From an uncultured Candidatus Saccharibacteria bacterium (GTDB lineage Bacteria > Patescibacteriota > Minisyncoccia > Phycocordibacterales > XYD1-FULL-46-19), in contig CAZXCI010000002.1 in the NCBI GenBank assembly GCA_964639285.1, positions 45,660-109,659 on the forward strand: a stretch of 64,000 nt of DNA, given 5' to 3'. Every line of letters begins with the position of its first letter. Within the stretch, counting starts at the first letter, position 1. The notes under the pieces were generated by a model. The model was not told where the DNA came from. It saw only the letters and a program-made list of their open reading frames with translations, and searched no databases. Below, piece after piece: positions 50,252 through 61,370 of the stretch. Position numbers and translations under genes: made by a program.

Positions 50252-51130
50252 GTGAATGATGAAATAAAACAAAAAATTGAACAAATTGAGCAAGCAATGT
50301 TGGCTTCAGATTTTTGGTCCAATAAGGATCTCGCTCAGGAGAAGATTAAGGAACTAAGTCGTCTTAAGGAAGAATTATCTGGTCAAGGTAAATATGATAA
50401 GGGTGATGCTATTATCACCATCTTTGCCGGGGCGGGGGGGGATGATGCTGAGGATTGGGCACGGATGCTCTTCGATATGTATTTCAAATGGTCAGACAAA
50501 AACAAGTTCGAACTGAAGATAATTCATCAGAATGTGAATGATCGCGATGGTTATCGCAACATCACTTTTGAGGTGAGGGGGAGAGGTGTCTATGGTTTAC
50601 TTAAAAATGAATCGGGAGTTCATCGCCTTGTTCGGCTCTCGCCCTTCAATGCTAAGAGTTTGCGTCATACTTCTTTTGCCTTGGTCGAAGTGATTCCTCG
50701 TTTTGCTAAAATGGAAGAGGTTAAGATTCCCGATGACGACTTGAAGATTGAATTTGCCCGATCCTCTGGCCCTGGTGGGCAGAATGTTAATAAGCGTGAG
50801 ACGGCTGTTCGACTGGTGCATCTTCCCACGAACATTGCTGTTCATGTAGATTCGGAGCGTTCTCAATTGCAAAACCGAGAGAAGGCTCTCGCTATTCTAG
50901 CTGGTAAACTTTATAAAAAAGCGGAGGAAGAAAGACTGAAGAAAGAACAGGGAATGTATGTTAGTAAGACAACAGAGATAGAATGGGGTAATCAGATTCG
51001 TTCTTATGTCTTGCATCCTTATAAGTTGGTGAAGGATCATCGAACAGAAGTTGAAACAAGTGATGTTGAAGGAGTTCTCTCTGGGGGCTTGGATATGTTC
51101 CTCCAGGCCGAGAAAGATCTGACTGTTTAA
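50252..51130 (+). CDS. prfB: Peptide chain release factor 2 (short N-domain, no programmed frameshift)
   Basis: SPF tripeptide motif (SPFNAK) and GGQ motif (SGPGGQNVNK). 292 aa, encoded in a single frame. Confidence 0.85.
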   Translation: MNDEIKQKIEQIEQAMLASDFWSNKDLAQEKIKELSRLKEELSGQGKYDKGDAIITIFAGAGGDDAEDWARMLFDMYFKWSDKNKFELKIIHQNVNDRDGYRNITFEVRGRGVYGLLKNESGVHRLVRLSPFNAKSLRHTSFALVEVIPRFAKMEEVKIPDDDLKIEFARSSGPGGQNVNKRETAVRLVHLPTNIAVHVDSERSQLQNREKALAILAGKLYKKAEEERLKKEQGMYVSKTTEIEWGNQIRSYVLHPYKLVKDHRTEVETSDVEGVLSGGLDMFLQAEKDLTV

Positions 51131-51175
51131 CTTTTTGCCGATATACGATATACTAGATATTGTATACAAATTATT

Positions 51176-51853
51176 ATGATTTATTTTGATAAAGTAAGTA
51201 AAATTTATCCTAATTCTATCGCTTTGAAAGATATAAGCTTCACGATTACACCGGGGGAGTTTGTTTCGATTGTCGGTCACTCGGGAGCGGGGAAGACAAC
51301 TTTGCTTAAAATGATTCTGGCTGAAGAGGCCCCAACTTCGGGTAAAGTCTTTTTTGATTCTGTTGATATACAGAAAGCTAATCAACATCAGATTCCGAAA
51401 ATTAGACGTCGAATCGGTAGCGTCTTCCAAGATTTTCGTCTCTTACCCAACAAGACCGCTTATGAGAATATTGCTTTTACCATGGAGGCGGCCGGTCGTT
51501 CTGATCAAGAGATTAAATCTGATGTTCCGCATGTCTTAGAGCTTGTCGGTCTTGGCAACAAATTGGGGAGTTTCCCTTATGAATTGTCTGGGGGTGAACG
51601 TCAGCGCATTTCTATTGCTCGAGCGATTATTAATCAGCCAGATTTACTTATTGCCGATGAACCAACGGGGAATCTTGATCCTATTACTTCTGCCGAAATA
51701 ATTGAGATCTTTAAGAAGATCAATGAGATCGGGACAACTATTGTTGTTACGACTCATAATAAAAAAATTGTTGACTCGCTTGGTCGCCGAGTCATAACTC
51801 TCGAACGAGGCCAGATCTCCAGGGATGACAAAGAGGGCAAGTATGCCTTATAA
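51176..51853 (+). CDS. ftsE: Cell division ABC ATPase FtsE
   Basis: Walker A motif GHSGAGKTT, ABC signature LSGGERQR, Walker B LLIADEPTGNLD. Confidence 0.85.
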   Translation: MIYFDKVSKIYPNSIALKDISFTITPGEFVSIVGHSGAGKTTLLKMILAEEAPTSGKVFFDSVDIQKANQHQIPKIRRRIGSVFQDFRLLPNKTAYENIAFTMEAAGRSDQEIKSDVPHVLELVGLGNKLGSFPYELSGGERQRISIARAIINQPDLLIADEPTGNLDPITSAEIIEIFKKINEIGTTIVVTTHNKKIVDSLGRRVITLERGQISRDDKEGKYAL

Positions 51854-51862
51854 TTAAGTATT

Positions 51863-52780
51863 ATGTTGTGGACGAATATTAAACGTGTTTTGAAATTAGG
51901 GTTAGTCAATTTTGGCCGCAATGGTCTAGTTTCTGTTTCTTCGGTAATGGCGATGACCATTACTCTTTTTGTGATCGGCACACTATATCTTGGTGGCAAT
52001 TTTCTAAACTCAGCCTTGGCCGATGTTAGAAATAAAATGGACATAAGTATTTCTTTCAAGATTGATGCCCCCGAGGTTGATATTCTTGCCCTTAAAAAAG
52101 ATCTTATTCTTTTGCCTGAAGTTAAGGCCGTGGTCTACTCTTCTCGCGAAGACGAATTACTTGCTTTTCGTGAGCGTCACAAGGACAACGAGACCATTGT
52201 CCAGGCTCTCGATGAGGTTGATAACCCCTTCGGTGCGAGAATCAATATTCAGGCGGTAGACCCTATTCATTTTGACAAGATTACCAACTTTATTACTAGC
52301 AAGAATAGTCCGGCCAATGGCGGAACAAGCATTGTTGACCAGATCAGTTACAAAAAAGATGTTATTAGTAAGTTGACTAGTCTTATCGGTGCTAGCGAGA
52401 AGCTAGGTTGGGCCATTGCTTTTGCCTTGGCTCTTCTATCCATTTTTGCTGTTTTTAATACTATTTCTTTAGCCATTTATACTTCGCGAGAAGAGATCTC
52501 CGTCATGCGTCTCGTTGGAGCAAGTAGTTCGTACGTTAAGGGTCCTTTTATGGTTGAGGGCATGATCGCCGGGATTATTGCTTCCATCTTATCCCTTGCC
52601 CTACTTTATCCTGCTGTTCTCTGGGTGCGAGGAGTGACAGCCAATATTTACGGCGGGATTAACCTTGTTTCCTTCTACTTCAGTAATTTTGGTCAAATTT
52701 TCCTTCTCCTTCTCTTTTCAGGTATTGCCCTCGGTTTTTTGGCCAGCTTCTGGGCCACTCGCCGCTACGCCAAAATATAA
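51863..52780 (+). CDS. ftsX: Cell division permease FtsX
   Basis: 305 aa with four TM helices and a large first periplasmic loop. It sits immediately downstream of ftsE. Confidence 0.8.
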   Translation: MLWTNIKRVLKLGLVNFGRNGLVSVSSVMAMTITLFVIGTLYLGGNFLNSALADVRNKMDISISFKIDAPEVDILALKKDLILLPEVKAVVYSSREDELLAFRERHKDNETIVQALDEVDNPFGARINIQAVDPIHFDKITNFITSKNSPANGGTSIVDQISYKKDVISKLTSLIGASEKLGWAIAFALALLSIFAVFNTISLAIYTSREEISVMRLVGASSSYVKGPFMVEGMIAGIIASILSLALLYPAVLWVRGVTANIYGGINLVSFYFSNFGQIFLLLLFSGIALGFLASFWATRRYAKI

Positions 52781-52882
52781 ATAAGATCATATGGAAACCA
52801 CTCATAACTTCTCCCCACCATAAACTAAGGGGGAGGAAGCCCGGTGGTTTTTTTGTTGGTTAAAAATTAACGTAATTAAAAA

Positions 52883-54538
52883 ATGAAAAAGCACAAATAT
52901 ATTTTTGTTTTAGGTGGAGTGATGTCTGGGGTGGGCAAAGGAGTTACCGCTTCAGCCATTGGGAAGATCTTGCAGGCTCGTGGCTATAAAATTAATCCGC
53001 TTAAGATTGACCCTTATCTTAATGTTGACGCTGGGACAATGAATCCGATTGAGCATGGCGAGGTCTTCGTTCTGGATTCTGGTCTAGAGTGTGACCAAGA
53101 CATGGGTAATTATGAGCGCTTCCTTGATATCAGTGTGCCTCACGAGAATTATCTGACCAGTGGCATGGTCTATAAATATGTCATTGATAAGGAGCGAGCC
53201 CTTGGTTATGGTGGCCGGTGTGTGGACCCGGTCCCTTTTATCTGCGAAGAGATCTTTCGTCGTTTGGGGGTCTCGGTCAAGAAGACCAAAGCCGATATTA
53301 CCATTGTTGAGATCGGAGGGACGGTGGGTGAATATCAGAATGCCATGTTTGTCGAAGCGGCTCGTGTTTTGAAATTGCGTCATCCGGGTGACGTTTTCTT
53401 TGTCTTAGTTAGTTATTTGCCGGTGCCAAGTAAGATTGGCGAGATGAAGACCAAACCAACACAAACCGCTGTCCAAACCATGAACTCTTATGGTGTCCAA
53501 CCGGACATTATTATTGCTCGAGCCGATCGACCGCTTGACGACAAGCGTAAGGAGAAAATTGCTTTCTCGAGCAATGTTCGCCCGGAGAATATTATCTCGG
53601 CACCGGATATTGAAAGTATTTATGATATTCCTTTAAATTTTGAAAAAGATGATCTCTCGGCCACTCTTCTTAAATTGCTTAAATTGCCGATCAAGAGATC
53701 TAACCTCACCGATTGGCAGAAGATGGTGATCAAGGCTAAGAGGGCAAAAGACGAGGTCCAGATTGCAATTGTGGGCAAATACTTCAAGACGGGGGATTTT
53801 GTCTTGTCTGATGTTTATCTATCGGTGATTGAGTCGCTTAAGCATGCAGGTAATTTCCTTGGGAAGAAGGTGAAGATTGACTGGCTTGATTCGCACGATT
53901 ACGAAGCTGACCTTAAGAGGCTCAAAGATCTTAAGAAGTATCAGGGGATCTTGGTGCCCGGCGGTTTCGGCGAGCGAGGAGTAGAGGGCAAGATTAAGGT
54001 TATTCAATTTGCCCGTGAAAATAAGATTCCTTATTTGGGCTTGTGTTATGGTTTGCAATTAGCAGTTATCGAATTTGCCCGTCACGTCTTGGGGCTCCGA
54101 GACGCGCACACTACCGAGATTAATCCAGGGACGAAGAATCCGGTTGTCGTGATTATGGATGAACAACGCCAATTAATGGCTGAGAAAAATTATGGTGGCA
54201 CCATGCGTTTAGGAGCTTATCCTTGCGTGGTTAGGGCTCAGACACTTGCCGAGGAGGCCTATCAAGTAGGGCAGAGATTAGGGAAGGGGAATCTGATTAG
54301 CGAGCGTCATCGTCACCGCTTCGAAGTTAATCCGGCCTACATTACCTCTTTAGAGAAAGCGGGCCTAGTCTTCTCTGGCACTTCGCCTAACGGTATTTTG
54401 ATGGAGATGGTCGAATTGCCTCGCTCAAAACATCCCTTTTTCTTGGGTTCACAATTTCACCCCGAATTCAAATCTTCGCCACTCAAGCCCCATCCTCTTT
54501 TTGTCGAGTTTATAAAATCAGCGATGAAACAAAAATAA
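52883..54538 (+). CDS. pyrG: CTP synthase
   Basis: N-terminal synthetase domain (KYIFVLGGVMSGVGKG) and a C-terminal class I glutamine amidotransferase domain (GLCYGLQ and HPEF). Confidence 0.95.
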   Translation: MKKHKYIFVLGGVMSGVGKGVTASAIGKILQARGYKINPLKIDPYLNVDAGTMNPIEHGEVFVLDSGLECDQDMGNYERFLDISVPHENYLTSGMVYKYVIDKERALGYGGRCVDPVPFICEEIFRRLGVSVKKTKADITIVEIGGTVGEYQNAMFVEAARVLKLRHPGDVFFVLVSYLPVPSKIGEMKTKPTQTAVQTMNSYGVQPDIIIARADRPLDDKRKEKIAFSSNVRPENIISAPDIESIYDIPLNFEKDDLSATLLKLLKLPIKRSNLTDWQKMVIKAKRAKDEVQIAIVGKYFKTGDFVLSDVYLSVIESLKHAGNFLGKKVKIDWLDSHDYEADLKRLKDLKKYQGILVPGGFGERGVEGKIKVIQFARENKIPYLGLCYGLQLAVIEFARHVLGLRDAHTTEINPGTKNPVVVIMDEQRQLMAEKNYGGTMRLGAYPCVVRAQTLAEEAYQVGQRLGKGNLISERHRHRFEVNPAYITSLEKAGLVFSGTSPNGILMEMVELPRSKHPFFLGSQFHPEFKSSPLKPHPLFVEFIKSAMKQK

Positions 54539-54555
54539 GGAATTTCATCGAACTT

Positions 54556-54574
54556 ATCAAGGCACGCCCTTGAT
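54556..54574. repeat. Subterminal hairpin ATCAAGGCACGCCCTTGAT (left end of RAYT copy 2)
   Basis: A 7-bp stem. Near-identical copies occur at 55275-55297 in the same orientation and at 54763-54781 (inside the ORF) in inverted orientation. Confidence 0.6.
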
Positions 54575-54605
54575 GATCCCTGCATCTGGGGGTATAATAC
54601 TGATT

Positions 54606-55271
54606 ATGCAAAGGAGTTTTTCTTTTGGCCCGGGAGAAGTTTATCATCTTTATAATCGGGGGGTTAATAAACAAAGGATTTTTTCGGGTGACCATGATCG
54701 CTTTCGTTTTTTGATACTTATGTATCTTTGCAATAGCAAAAAAGATGTTCATGTCAGCAATTATCAAGGGCGTGCCTTGATGGACTACTTTACTATTGAA
54801 AGGGGTGATCCTGTGGTTGAGATCATGGCTTATTGTTTGATGCCAAATCATTTTCATCTGTTAGTGAAAGAAAATAAAGAGGGTGGTATTTCTAGATTTA
54901 TGCTTAAACTTTTGACTGGTTATGGTATGTATTTTAACAAAAAGAACGAAAGAACTGGGCCAATTTTTGAGGGGCGTTTCAAGGCTAAGCATGTTGTTGA
55001 GGATTCTTATCTAGAGTACCTGTTAGCTTATATTCATCTAAATCCAGTGAAAACAAAAGATGAAAAAGGTTGGGATGAAAAGAAGATTTTCAAGACTAAA
55101 ATAGCAAAAGACTTTTTGAGTTCGTACCGTTTTTCTAGCTATCAGTATTTTTTGGGTCAAAATCGTTCAGAAGATCGCATCCTCAATACCACTTCTTTGC
55201 CTAAGGAGTTAATTGATGGTCAGAAAGATACAGATGATTTGATAAACATATGGTCAGAATTTGAAGCCTGA
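54606..55271 (+). mobile_element. IS200/IS605-type Y1 (HUH) transposase, RAYT-like, copy 2
   Basis: HUH motif HFHLLV and Tyr in YIHLNPVK. It is roughly 45% identical to copy 1 by eye. A TATAAT at 54592-54597 lies 8 nt before the ATG, so the mRNA is probably near-leaderless. It is flanked by hairpins at 54556 and 55275. Confidence 0.75.
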
Positions 55272-55357
55272 TTACCATCAAGGTACGCCCTTGATGGTCA
55301 GGTTAATTTGGTGAGGCTTGGATTTTGGTCAATTTTTTGCTAAATTGTACTAGTTAT

Positions 55358-55428
55358 TGCCGGATCGTCTAATGGTAGGACACATCCCTCTGGAGGATGG
55401 TATCTTGGTTCGAGTCCAAGTCCGGCAG
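55358..55428 (+). tRNA. tRNA-Gln (anticodon CUG)
   Basis: Acceptor TGCCGGA/TCCGGCA, anticodon stem CATCC/GGATG, loop CTCTGGA, T-arm CTTGGTTCGAGTCCAAG and discriminator G. Confidence 0.75.
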
Positions 55429-55589
55429 CACGCTAGTTTCGGTATCGAAGGACCTAAACAGGTAATAATTGTAATGGTTCTAGAATGATCTAAACTGGTA
55501 TGTGTCTTGTACATAGAACTTTTATTCAAAAAGTACCAGACCTAGACCAGTGACATTCCTAGAGGGTCAGCAGTCTAGAAAAGTATCGA

Positions 55590-58169
55590 ATGACCAAGAG
55601 GGGTCAATTTCCTAGTAACCTTCAAAATAGCTATAATTCGCACATGGAACCTCCAGAAGATACAACCGATGAATCACAGGCTTGGGTCTCAAAGATAAGG
55701 ATATGGGTGAAAAGCAGACTTGATTTTATATATGGTAAATGTAAGGAGGTAATACGTCACACCTCTAATATTTGCATTCTCTTCAAACAACAAAAGATCT
55801 TTCGCTGGGGAGTAAGGTTCAGATACCTTTTGTACAAGATTTCTCAGCATACAAAATTCCTAAGGCATATCTTTTTGGTCATTTGTGCTGTTATTCTTGC
55901 ATATTTTTTAATCCAGTTTACTGATCTTACTGATCCAAAGACCGCCTCAATCTCGAGTTTTGCAGATTATCTTTCAACAATAGGGGCAATGGTAGGTGGG
56001 GTGTTGGCCGTTGTGTTTTCATTGACCATATTTGGACAGCAGAGTATTTTGGATGTTCATTCAACAAAATTGCTTCACAAGTATGTGTATGGAATACGAG
56101 AGAAGAGCACTTTCTTTGGGATAAGTTTCATTACGTTGCTTTTCTTCGTGGCTAGCAGATGGTCGGCGAATGTAATCGAGCCCAACCCAGTTACATACAG
56201 CATTTTAATTTACGGATCCTCTATGCTCGTGGCGGTAGTCTTCGTATTAGTTGATCTGCTTTACCAGCGAGTCAGTGGCAAATCTTCCTCTGCTGAGATA
56301 TTCGGCTTCCTACAGAAAGAAAGTCTTGCGGTTTTGAAGAAGATAGATAAATACTCGCAACGTCTTGTAAACATTGGCGTTGCTGAGGGACGAGTGAAGA
56401 AACAGGAAGTTCAGATGGGCCTTCTAAAAGCTCAGAGTCGAGCTGCCGTATCTAAGACATTTCGAGCCGAACTAGATGAGAAACTCAAGGTTATTTATGA
56501 AATTACAGTTCGTCTTATAGCACGCAAGGAGTACGAACCTGCAAACAACGGGCTGCGCACTTTGCACGCTGTTATTAGGGAGTATCTATTACTGGTCAAA
56601 GATTCTTCGACCTCAATCCCTGCAAATAGTAGTTCTCTTGGTGTGTTGGGTTTACTCGCTCGGCAGAGTGATAGCGTTGATTTCCTGAATACCAACTTAG
56701 AACGTTTGGCTCGCATTGGGGAACAAAATGTTCTGAATGAAAATGTACAAAATCTTCAACTTGTAACGGATGTTTTTAAAGCCCTTGTTGCTCAAGCTGA
56801 GAGTATCAATCATGTTGGAAACGATACAGAAAACTACATTCTTCCCCTGATTATCGGTTATCAGACTGAGTATCTTGAGTTCGCCATTCTCCAAAATAAT
56901 CTCGAATCTGTCTGGCAAACAGCTCAAGCTCTTGATAACATGGCAGGATCTGCGGTTCGAGGAAAGTCTCAACAAGCACAACAGCAGATTAGAGAAAGCA
57001 TAGACAAGGTAATTCTGTTTGGAATCAAGAACGACAGAAGCTTTGTAATAAATGAATGTATGAATGCGGTGCTTGTTAGCATCATGTCTTTGTTCCATGA
57101 CAAGATGCCTTACGCATATACCTCAATTGATGATTCCCTAAAGCAAGTTGCAGCAAAGACGGAGCTGATTTATGTTGGAGTAAAAACAGGAATACTTACT
57201 GATCAGTTCACTACCACTCATTTCTTCACTCAGTGGTTGATTCATTTCCCAGTTCTTATAAATCAGTATCAGGATATAGTGGACAAGCGTGAAAAAGAAA
57301 GCTACCGAGAGAAACTCATACAAACAACAAAAGGCCTACAAAGACAACTCCGGCACATCTCTGAGAACATCAAAGATGTAGATAATCCGCTCGTTGAAGT
57401 TATTGGTAGAGTTATAGATGCTATGGGGGAATACCTTATATATTTCCTAAACCATCCGGATTTTATAGACGAGAAACGAGAAATCGAGAAAGTCCTTTAT
57501 GGCTATATTCATTTACCAGGATGGTTTGTTCATCATGCAACAACATACGAAAAGAATAATCAAAACCGATCTCTTGTTGAAGCCATAACAAAAATAGGCA
57601 TTTTTTTATTTGAAAAGTATCGCGATGAACGTCTCATCGAAGCTTGTATTGATTCCTTGTTTACTTTAGTGAAGGCGCTTTTTGAAAAGAATCCAAAATC
57701 ATACTTGTTCGATGAAGCTCGTGTAATGGTTAAGATTTGTTATCTCGGCGTTTTAGCAAGGAAGCACAGCATGAAGAGACTTTATGCTCTTGTGCGTGTA
57801 AAGATTCTTGAATTCGATAGATTGTACGCGGCTGCATATCAAAAAGAACTTAAAAAAGTACCTCAAGATTTGCGTGCTCAAATTGAAGCAAGAACAGTTT
57901 ATGGCTTCCCTGATAAAGAACGACTAAAGCAGGAGGTCTTTGCTTGGCGAAATGACGTGTATCGAGATACTAGTGGTGGCATGGCTCGCATGATGGGTGA
58001 TTCTCGAGGAATTGTTCAAGATTCTGTTACTATTGAGGACATTGATTGGTTTATGTGGGAAGTCTGGAGTGAGATTGACGCGTCCAGCTCGATCTCTGAT
58101 AAGATAGATTTGCAGTGGGCCAGAGAGCGTCTTTCGAAGACTTTAAGAAAAATTGCTGATGGAAAGTAA
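55590..58169 (+). CDS. Large (859 aa) hypothetical membrane protein with extensive cytoplasmic alpha-helical domain
   Basis: Four predicted TM helices within residues about 90-230, then roughly 600 aa with no recognised motif. It converges on the serine recombinase and overlaps it by 27 nt. Confidence 0.45.
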   Translation: MTKRGQFPSNLQNSYNSHMEPPEDTTDESQAWVSKIRIWVKSRLDFIYGKCKEVIRHTSNICILFKQQKIFRWGVRFRYLLYKISQHTKFLRHIFLVICAVILAYFLIQFTDLTDPKTASISSFADYLSTIGAMVGGVLAVVFSLTIFGQQSILDVHSTKLLHKYVYGIREKSTFFGISFITLLFFVASRWSANVIEPNPVTYSILIYGSSMLVAVVFVLVDLLYQRVSGKSSSAEIFGFLQKESLAVLKKIDKYSQRLVNIGVAEGRVKKQEVQMGLLKAQSRAAVSKTFRAELDEKLKVIYEITVRLIARKEYEPANNGLRTLHAVIREYLLLVKDSSTSIPANSSSLGVLGLLARQSDSVDFLNTNLERLARIGEQNVLNENVQNLQLVTDVFKALVAQAESINHVGNDTENYILPLIIGYQTEYLEFAILQNNLESVWQTAQALDNMAGSAVRGKSQQAQQQIRESIDKVILFGIKNDRSFVINECMNAVLVSIMSLFHDKMPYAYTSIDDSLKQVAAKTELIYVGVKTGILTDQFTTTHFFTQWLIHFPVLINQYQDIVDKREKESYREKLIQTTKGLQRQLRHISENIKDVDNPLVEVIGRVIDAMGEYLIYFLNHPDFIDEKREIEKVLYGYIHLPGWFVHHATTYEKNNQNRSLVEAITKIGIFLFEKYRDERLIEACIDSLFTLVKALFEKNPKSYLFDEARVMVKICYLGVLARKHSMKRLYALVRVKILEFDRLYAAAYQKELKKVPQDLRAQIEARTVYGFPDKERLKQEVFAWRNDVYRDTSGGMARMMGDSRGIVQDSVTIEDIDWFMWEVWSEIDASSSISDKIDLQWARERLSKTLRKIADGK

Positions 58170-59477
58170 CTTTTCTTTCATGTTAATTTTGCTTTTAAAA
58201 CAGGTAAGTAGATCTCGCTTCTCAAACAGTGTTCCTTCCAACAAAAGATATTTTGCATAATTTCTAATATCAGCGTCTTTTGCCGAGTAATTTTCTTGGG
58301 TTTTTCCCATAATTCCAGAGTGAAACTTTTTATGTCTCTCAATTTCGACTTCAAGCTTTTTTCTTATACCAGATTTATCTAGATCTACCTTGTCTATAAT
58401 TTTAGCCAATTGATCAATCAGAACTTTCTCCTCAATATAACCCTCCTTGCAGTTGATATCTCGTGAGCGAGTACAACCATAATAAATATATTTGGAGACA
58501 GAACCATCTTTTAAGGTCTTAAATTTCTCCTGGGCAGTTACACCAGATCCACACGCTCCACAAAAGAGAAGCCGGGTAAAAGCAAATTCCTTATTTCTAT
58601 CCTTTGCCTTTACTTGCAAATGAAGTTGGGTTTGTACTTGGTCAAATAAACTCTTCGAGATAAGAGGCGTATGTTTACCTTGAAACCATCGACCACTTTT
58701 CTTTGGGTATTCAAAGGCCCCATAGTAGAAATGACTGTTGAGGATTACGTAGATGTTACTAAGCGTAAGAGACTTTTCGTTTCGTGTTGTAAATTTTATC
58801 TCCTTGAGCCATCGATACACTTTTCTGCCACTCCATCCCTCGTTGCCAACTTTTTGAAATATTTCTTTCATAATCGGAGCACGATCTGGATCAACAAAGA
58901 CAACACCTGGTTGGTCCTTGTTCTTCGAGTTAAGGTATCCAGTAGGGGCAACGGATGGCCAAAGTCCCATTTCGCACCGAGTTTTTAACCCTCGTTTAAC
59001 ATTCACACTCTTGTTGTCGTTTTCAAGTTTAGCCTGTGATCCGAGAATCATGAGGAGGAATTTTTCGTTTGGATTGTTAGTAAATCTTTGACTGTAGGTT
59101 CTAATTTCGATTAGTTTTTTCTGATCAAGTAAATCTACCAGTGCGCCCAGATCACCGGCGTTTCTAGAAAGACGATCAGGATGCCAGACAAGAATACTGT
59201 TGAATTTACCCTCCCTAATATCTGTGAGCAGTTTATTAAAAACCGGTCTTTGTCCGCAATCTTTCGCAGAGTGTGATTCTCGATACATGTCAGCCACATT
59301 GATGCCCTCTCGCTGAGCAAGGGTCAACATTTCTTTGATCTGGGAGTCAATCGACAAGGCCTGCCTTTCTTCAGCCTCGCTCGATTTACGGGCGTATAGG
59401 CAGTACTTGAGGGGAATTACTGCTGGTACCTCGTCAGTCGCTTGTAGTGGACTTTGTATTTGCACAACACAACACAT
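58143..59477 (-). mobile_element. Large serine recombinase (resolvase/integrase family)
   Basis: An N-terminal resolvase catalytic domain with YARKSS (Ser nucleophile) and the conserved R, D, R residues, then a recombinase domain and a zinc-ribbon (LLFCGACGSGV...YYGCTRSRDINC), then a coiled-coil C-terminus. Confidence 0.8.
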
Positions 59478-59593
59478 ACCGGGATTATTTCTATTAGTCT
59501 AGCTTGAGGAGTTGATAACTAAGGAATCACCAAAGAGGCAATAAATTTCTTGCCCTAAAATCACTACAAAAATAACGCTATTTATGCTATAAA

Positions 59594-60349
59594 TTGATTA
59601 TGGAAAAAATGCCAGACGGCAAAGAAATTGAGCAAAAAGAATCCCTAGGTAAGGCTATTGGAAGAATAACGGTTATTAGACATGGGGACACTAGATATAC
59701 CGGTGATTATCCCGATCTAACAGAGCAAGGAATTGAGCAGATTTCTGCCCAAGCTGATACTTTGTCTGACGAGGTTGACCAAAACAAAGAAGAGATAATT
59801 TTTGTTTCTTCCCCAACCCCCAGGACTAGAGGGAGTATGGACATAATAAAAGAAAAGCTAGGTTTGGCTGAGCAAAGAACAAATGTTGTGCATGGAATTC
59901 GAGGTATTGACGTCAAAGATATGCCTAAAGCATTGGATATTATTAACGAGATAATGGGTGATGGTTTTGATTTAACTAAGATTGATCGAGCTTACGCTAC
60001 CGAAAAAAGATTTGAAGAAATGCCTGACGTTTGGGAAGCCCCATCAAACGTCGAAAAAAGATCGCTTCGCGCCCTAGAGTATGCGATTCGTGGATTAATT
60101 AAGGCCAAAGAATTAACCCCAGATAGAAATCCCCACATAGTTGCAACCTCCCATTTTGAGATTGTTGATCTTCTTTTGGCTAAAGTTTTTTATCGTGAGC
60201 CTGGTGATTTTCCACCCGGATCAAGAGTTGATCTTGCCTTATTTGAAAGCGAACAAAATCCTCAACAAATTAACATAGAAGTCACTTTTAGAGGTGAAAC
60301 GAGGAGTGCGATATTCAATCGTGAATCAAGAACAATCGAGAATATTTAG
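59594..60349 (+). CDS. Histidine phosphatase superfamily protein (PGAM-like)
   Basis: RHGDT catalytic motif (VIRHGDTRYTG) and a second His in TSHFEIV. Confidence 0.6.
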   Translation: MIMEKMPDGKEIEQKESLGKAIGRITVIRHGDTRYTGDYPDLTEQGIEQISAQADTLSDEVDQNKEEIIFVSSPTPRTRGSMDIIKEKLGLAEQRTNVVHGIRGIDVKDMPKALDIINEIMGDGFDLTKIDRAYATEKRFEEMPDVWEAPSNVEKRSLRALEYAIRGLIKAKELTPDRNPHIVATSHFEIVDLLLAKVFYREPGDFPPGSRVDLALFESEQNPQQINIEVTFRGETRSAIFNRESRTIENI

Positions 60350-60350
60350 T

Positions 60351-61370
60351 ATGGATAACTACAATAAAATTATTGAAGCGTTTAAAAATGGCGATATCGC
60401 AGGACTACCAGAGTCTGGCTCTAAACCTGAATATTTGCAAACTGAAATTTCCCACATATTTCTCTTTCCACAAACCGTTTTCAAGTTCTATCGTCGAGAT
60501 AGTAAGGGTTTTAACGAATACTTTTTTGATTTAAACGATAACGATAAGAGAAAAAACTTTTATCAAGAAGAGTTTATTTCTAATCATTATTTTAATCCAG
60601 AAGTCTACTCAAAATTGATGGGGTTAAAAATCGACGAAGGCCAAGTCTTGATTTTTGAGAATCTCGACGATGTCGAAGATAGAGTTATTCAGATGAAGAG
60701 GATCAATGCCGATAATAACCTGACAAACATTTTATTGCATGGGAAATTAAGTTCAGAAGATTATTACAAAATTGGAGATCAAATGACTAAGGCGCTGATT
60801 GGGTTTAATAAGGGGAAAGAGCTAGATGGCAATTACTACGAAATAATGGTCGCTTTTCTAAATGATCTTGAAAATTATCTTTACCTGTATGATAAAAATA
60901 TTTCCCGCGAAGAGTCTGGGCAAATTATGGTAAGTTTGAGGAAATTCTTAGAAGAGAACAAAGATCGTTTTGTTGACGCATCAAGATCGTTAATTGAAAC
61001 AATCGACAACCATGCCGACAATACTTACTACAATGACAATAAGGTTTCTTTTATTGATGCTTACTTACCCAAAGACAGTTGGCGAATTGTCGAGCCACTT
61101 TACGGCGTCTATCGACTACTTACCGATGTCGCCGCCTTGACCAATGACGAGACGGCGGAGCCAATGTTTAAGGGCTTTCAAAATAATTATCCAGATCTTC
61201 AATTTGATCTTGAACTGGATACTTTTTATAAGATATATTTTGCTTGCATTCGAGTTGGCCATTTTTTTGAGATTGCTATGAGAGACGCTTCAAACTACGA
61301 CGTTGCTAATCGTTACTTGGATTTTATAAAGAAGAAATTTTTATTACTAAATAATGGGAGATTACGATAA
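60351..61370 (+). CDS. Hypothetical protein (possible kinase-like fold)
   Basis: 339 aa from the ATG at 60351, directly after the upstream stop. The HG-containing segment NILLHGKLS weakly recalls APH-type phosphotransferases. Confidence 0.35.
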   Translation: MDNYNKIIEAFKNGDIAGLPESGSKPEYLQTEISHIFLFPQTVFKFYRRDSKGFNEYFFDLNDNDKRKNFYQEEFISNHYFNPEVYSKLMGLKIDEGQVLIFENLDDVEDRVIQMKRINADNNLTNILLHGKLSSEDYYKIGDQMTKALIGFNKGKELDGNYYEIMVAFLNDLENYLYLYDKNISREESGQIMVSLRKFLEENKDRFVDASRSLIETIDNHADNTYYNDNKVSFIDAYLPKDSWRIVEPLYGVYRLLTDVAALTNDETAEPMFKGFQNNYPDLQFDLELDTFYKIYFACIRVGHFFEIAMRDASNYDVANRYLDFIKKKFLLLNNGRLR

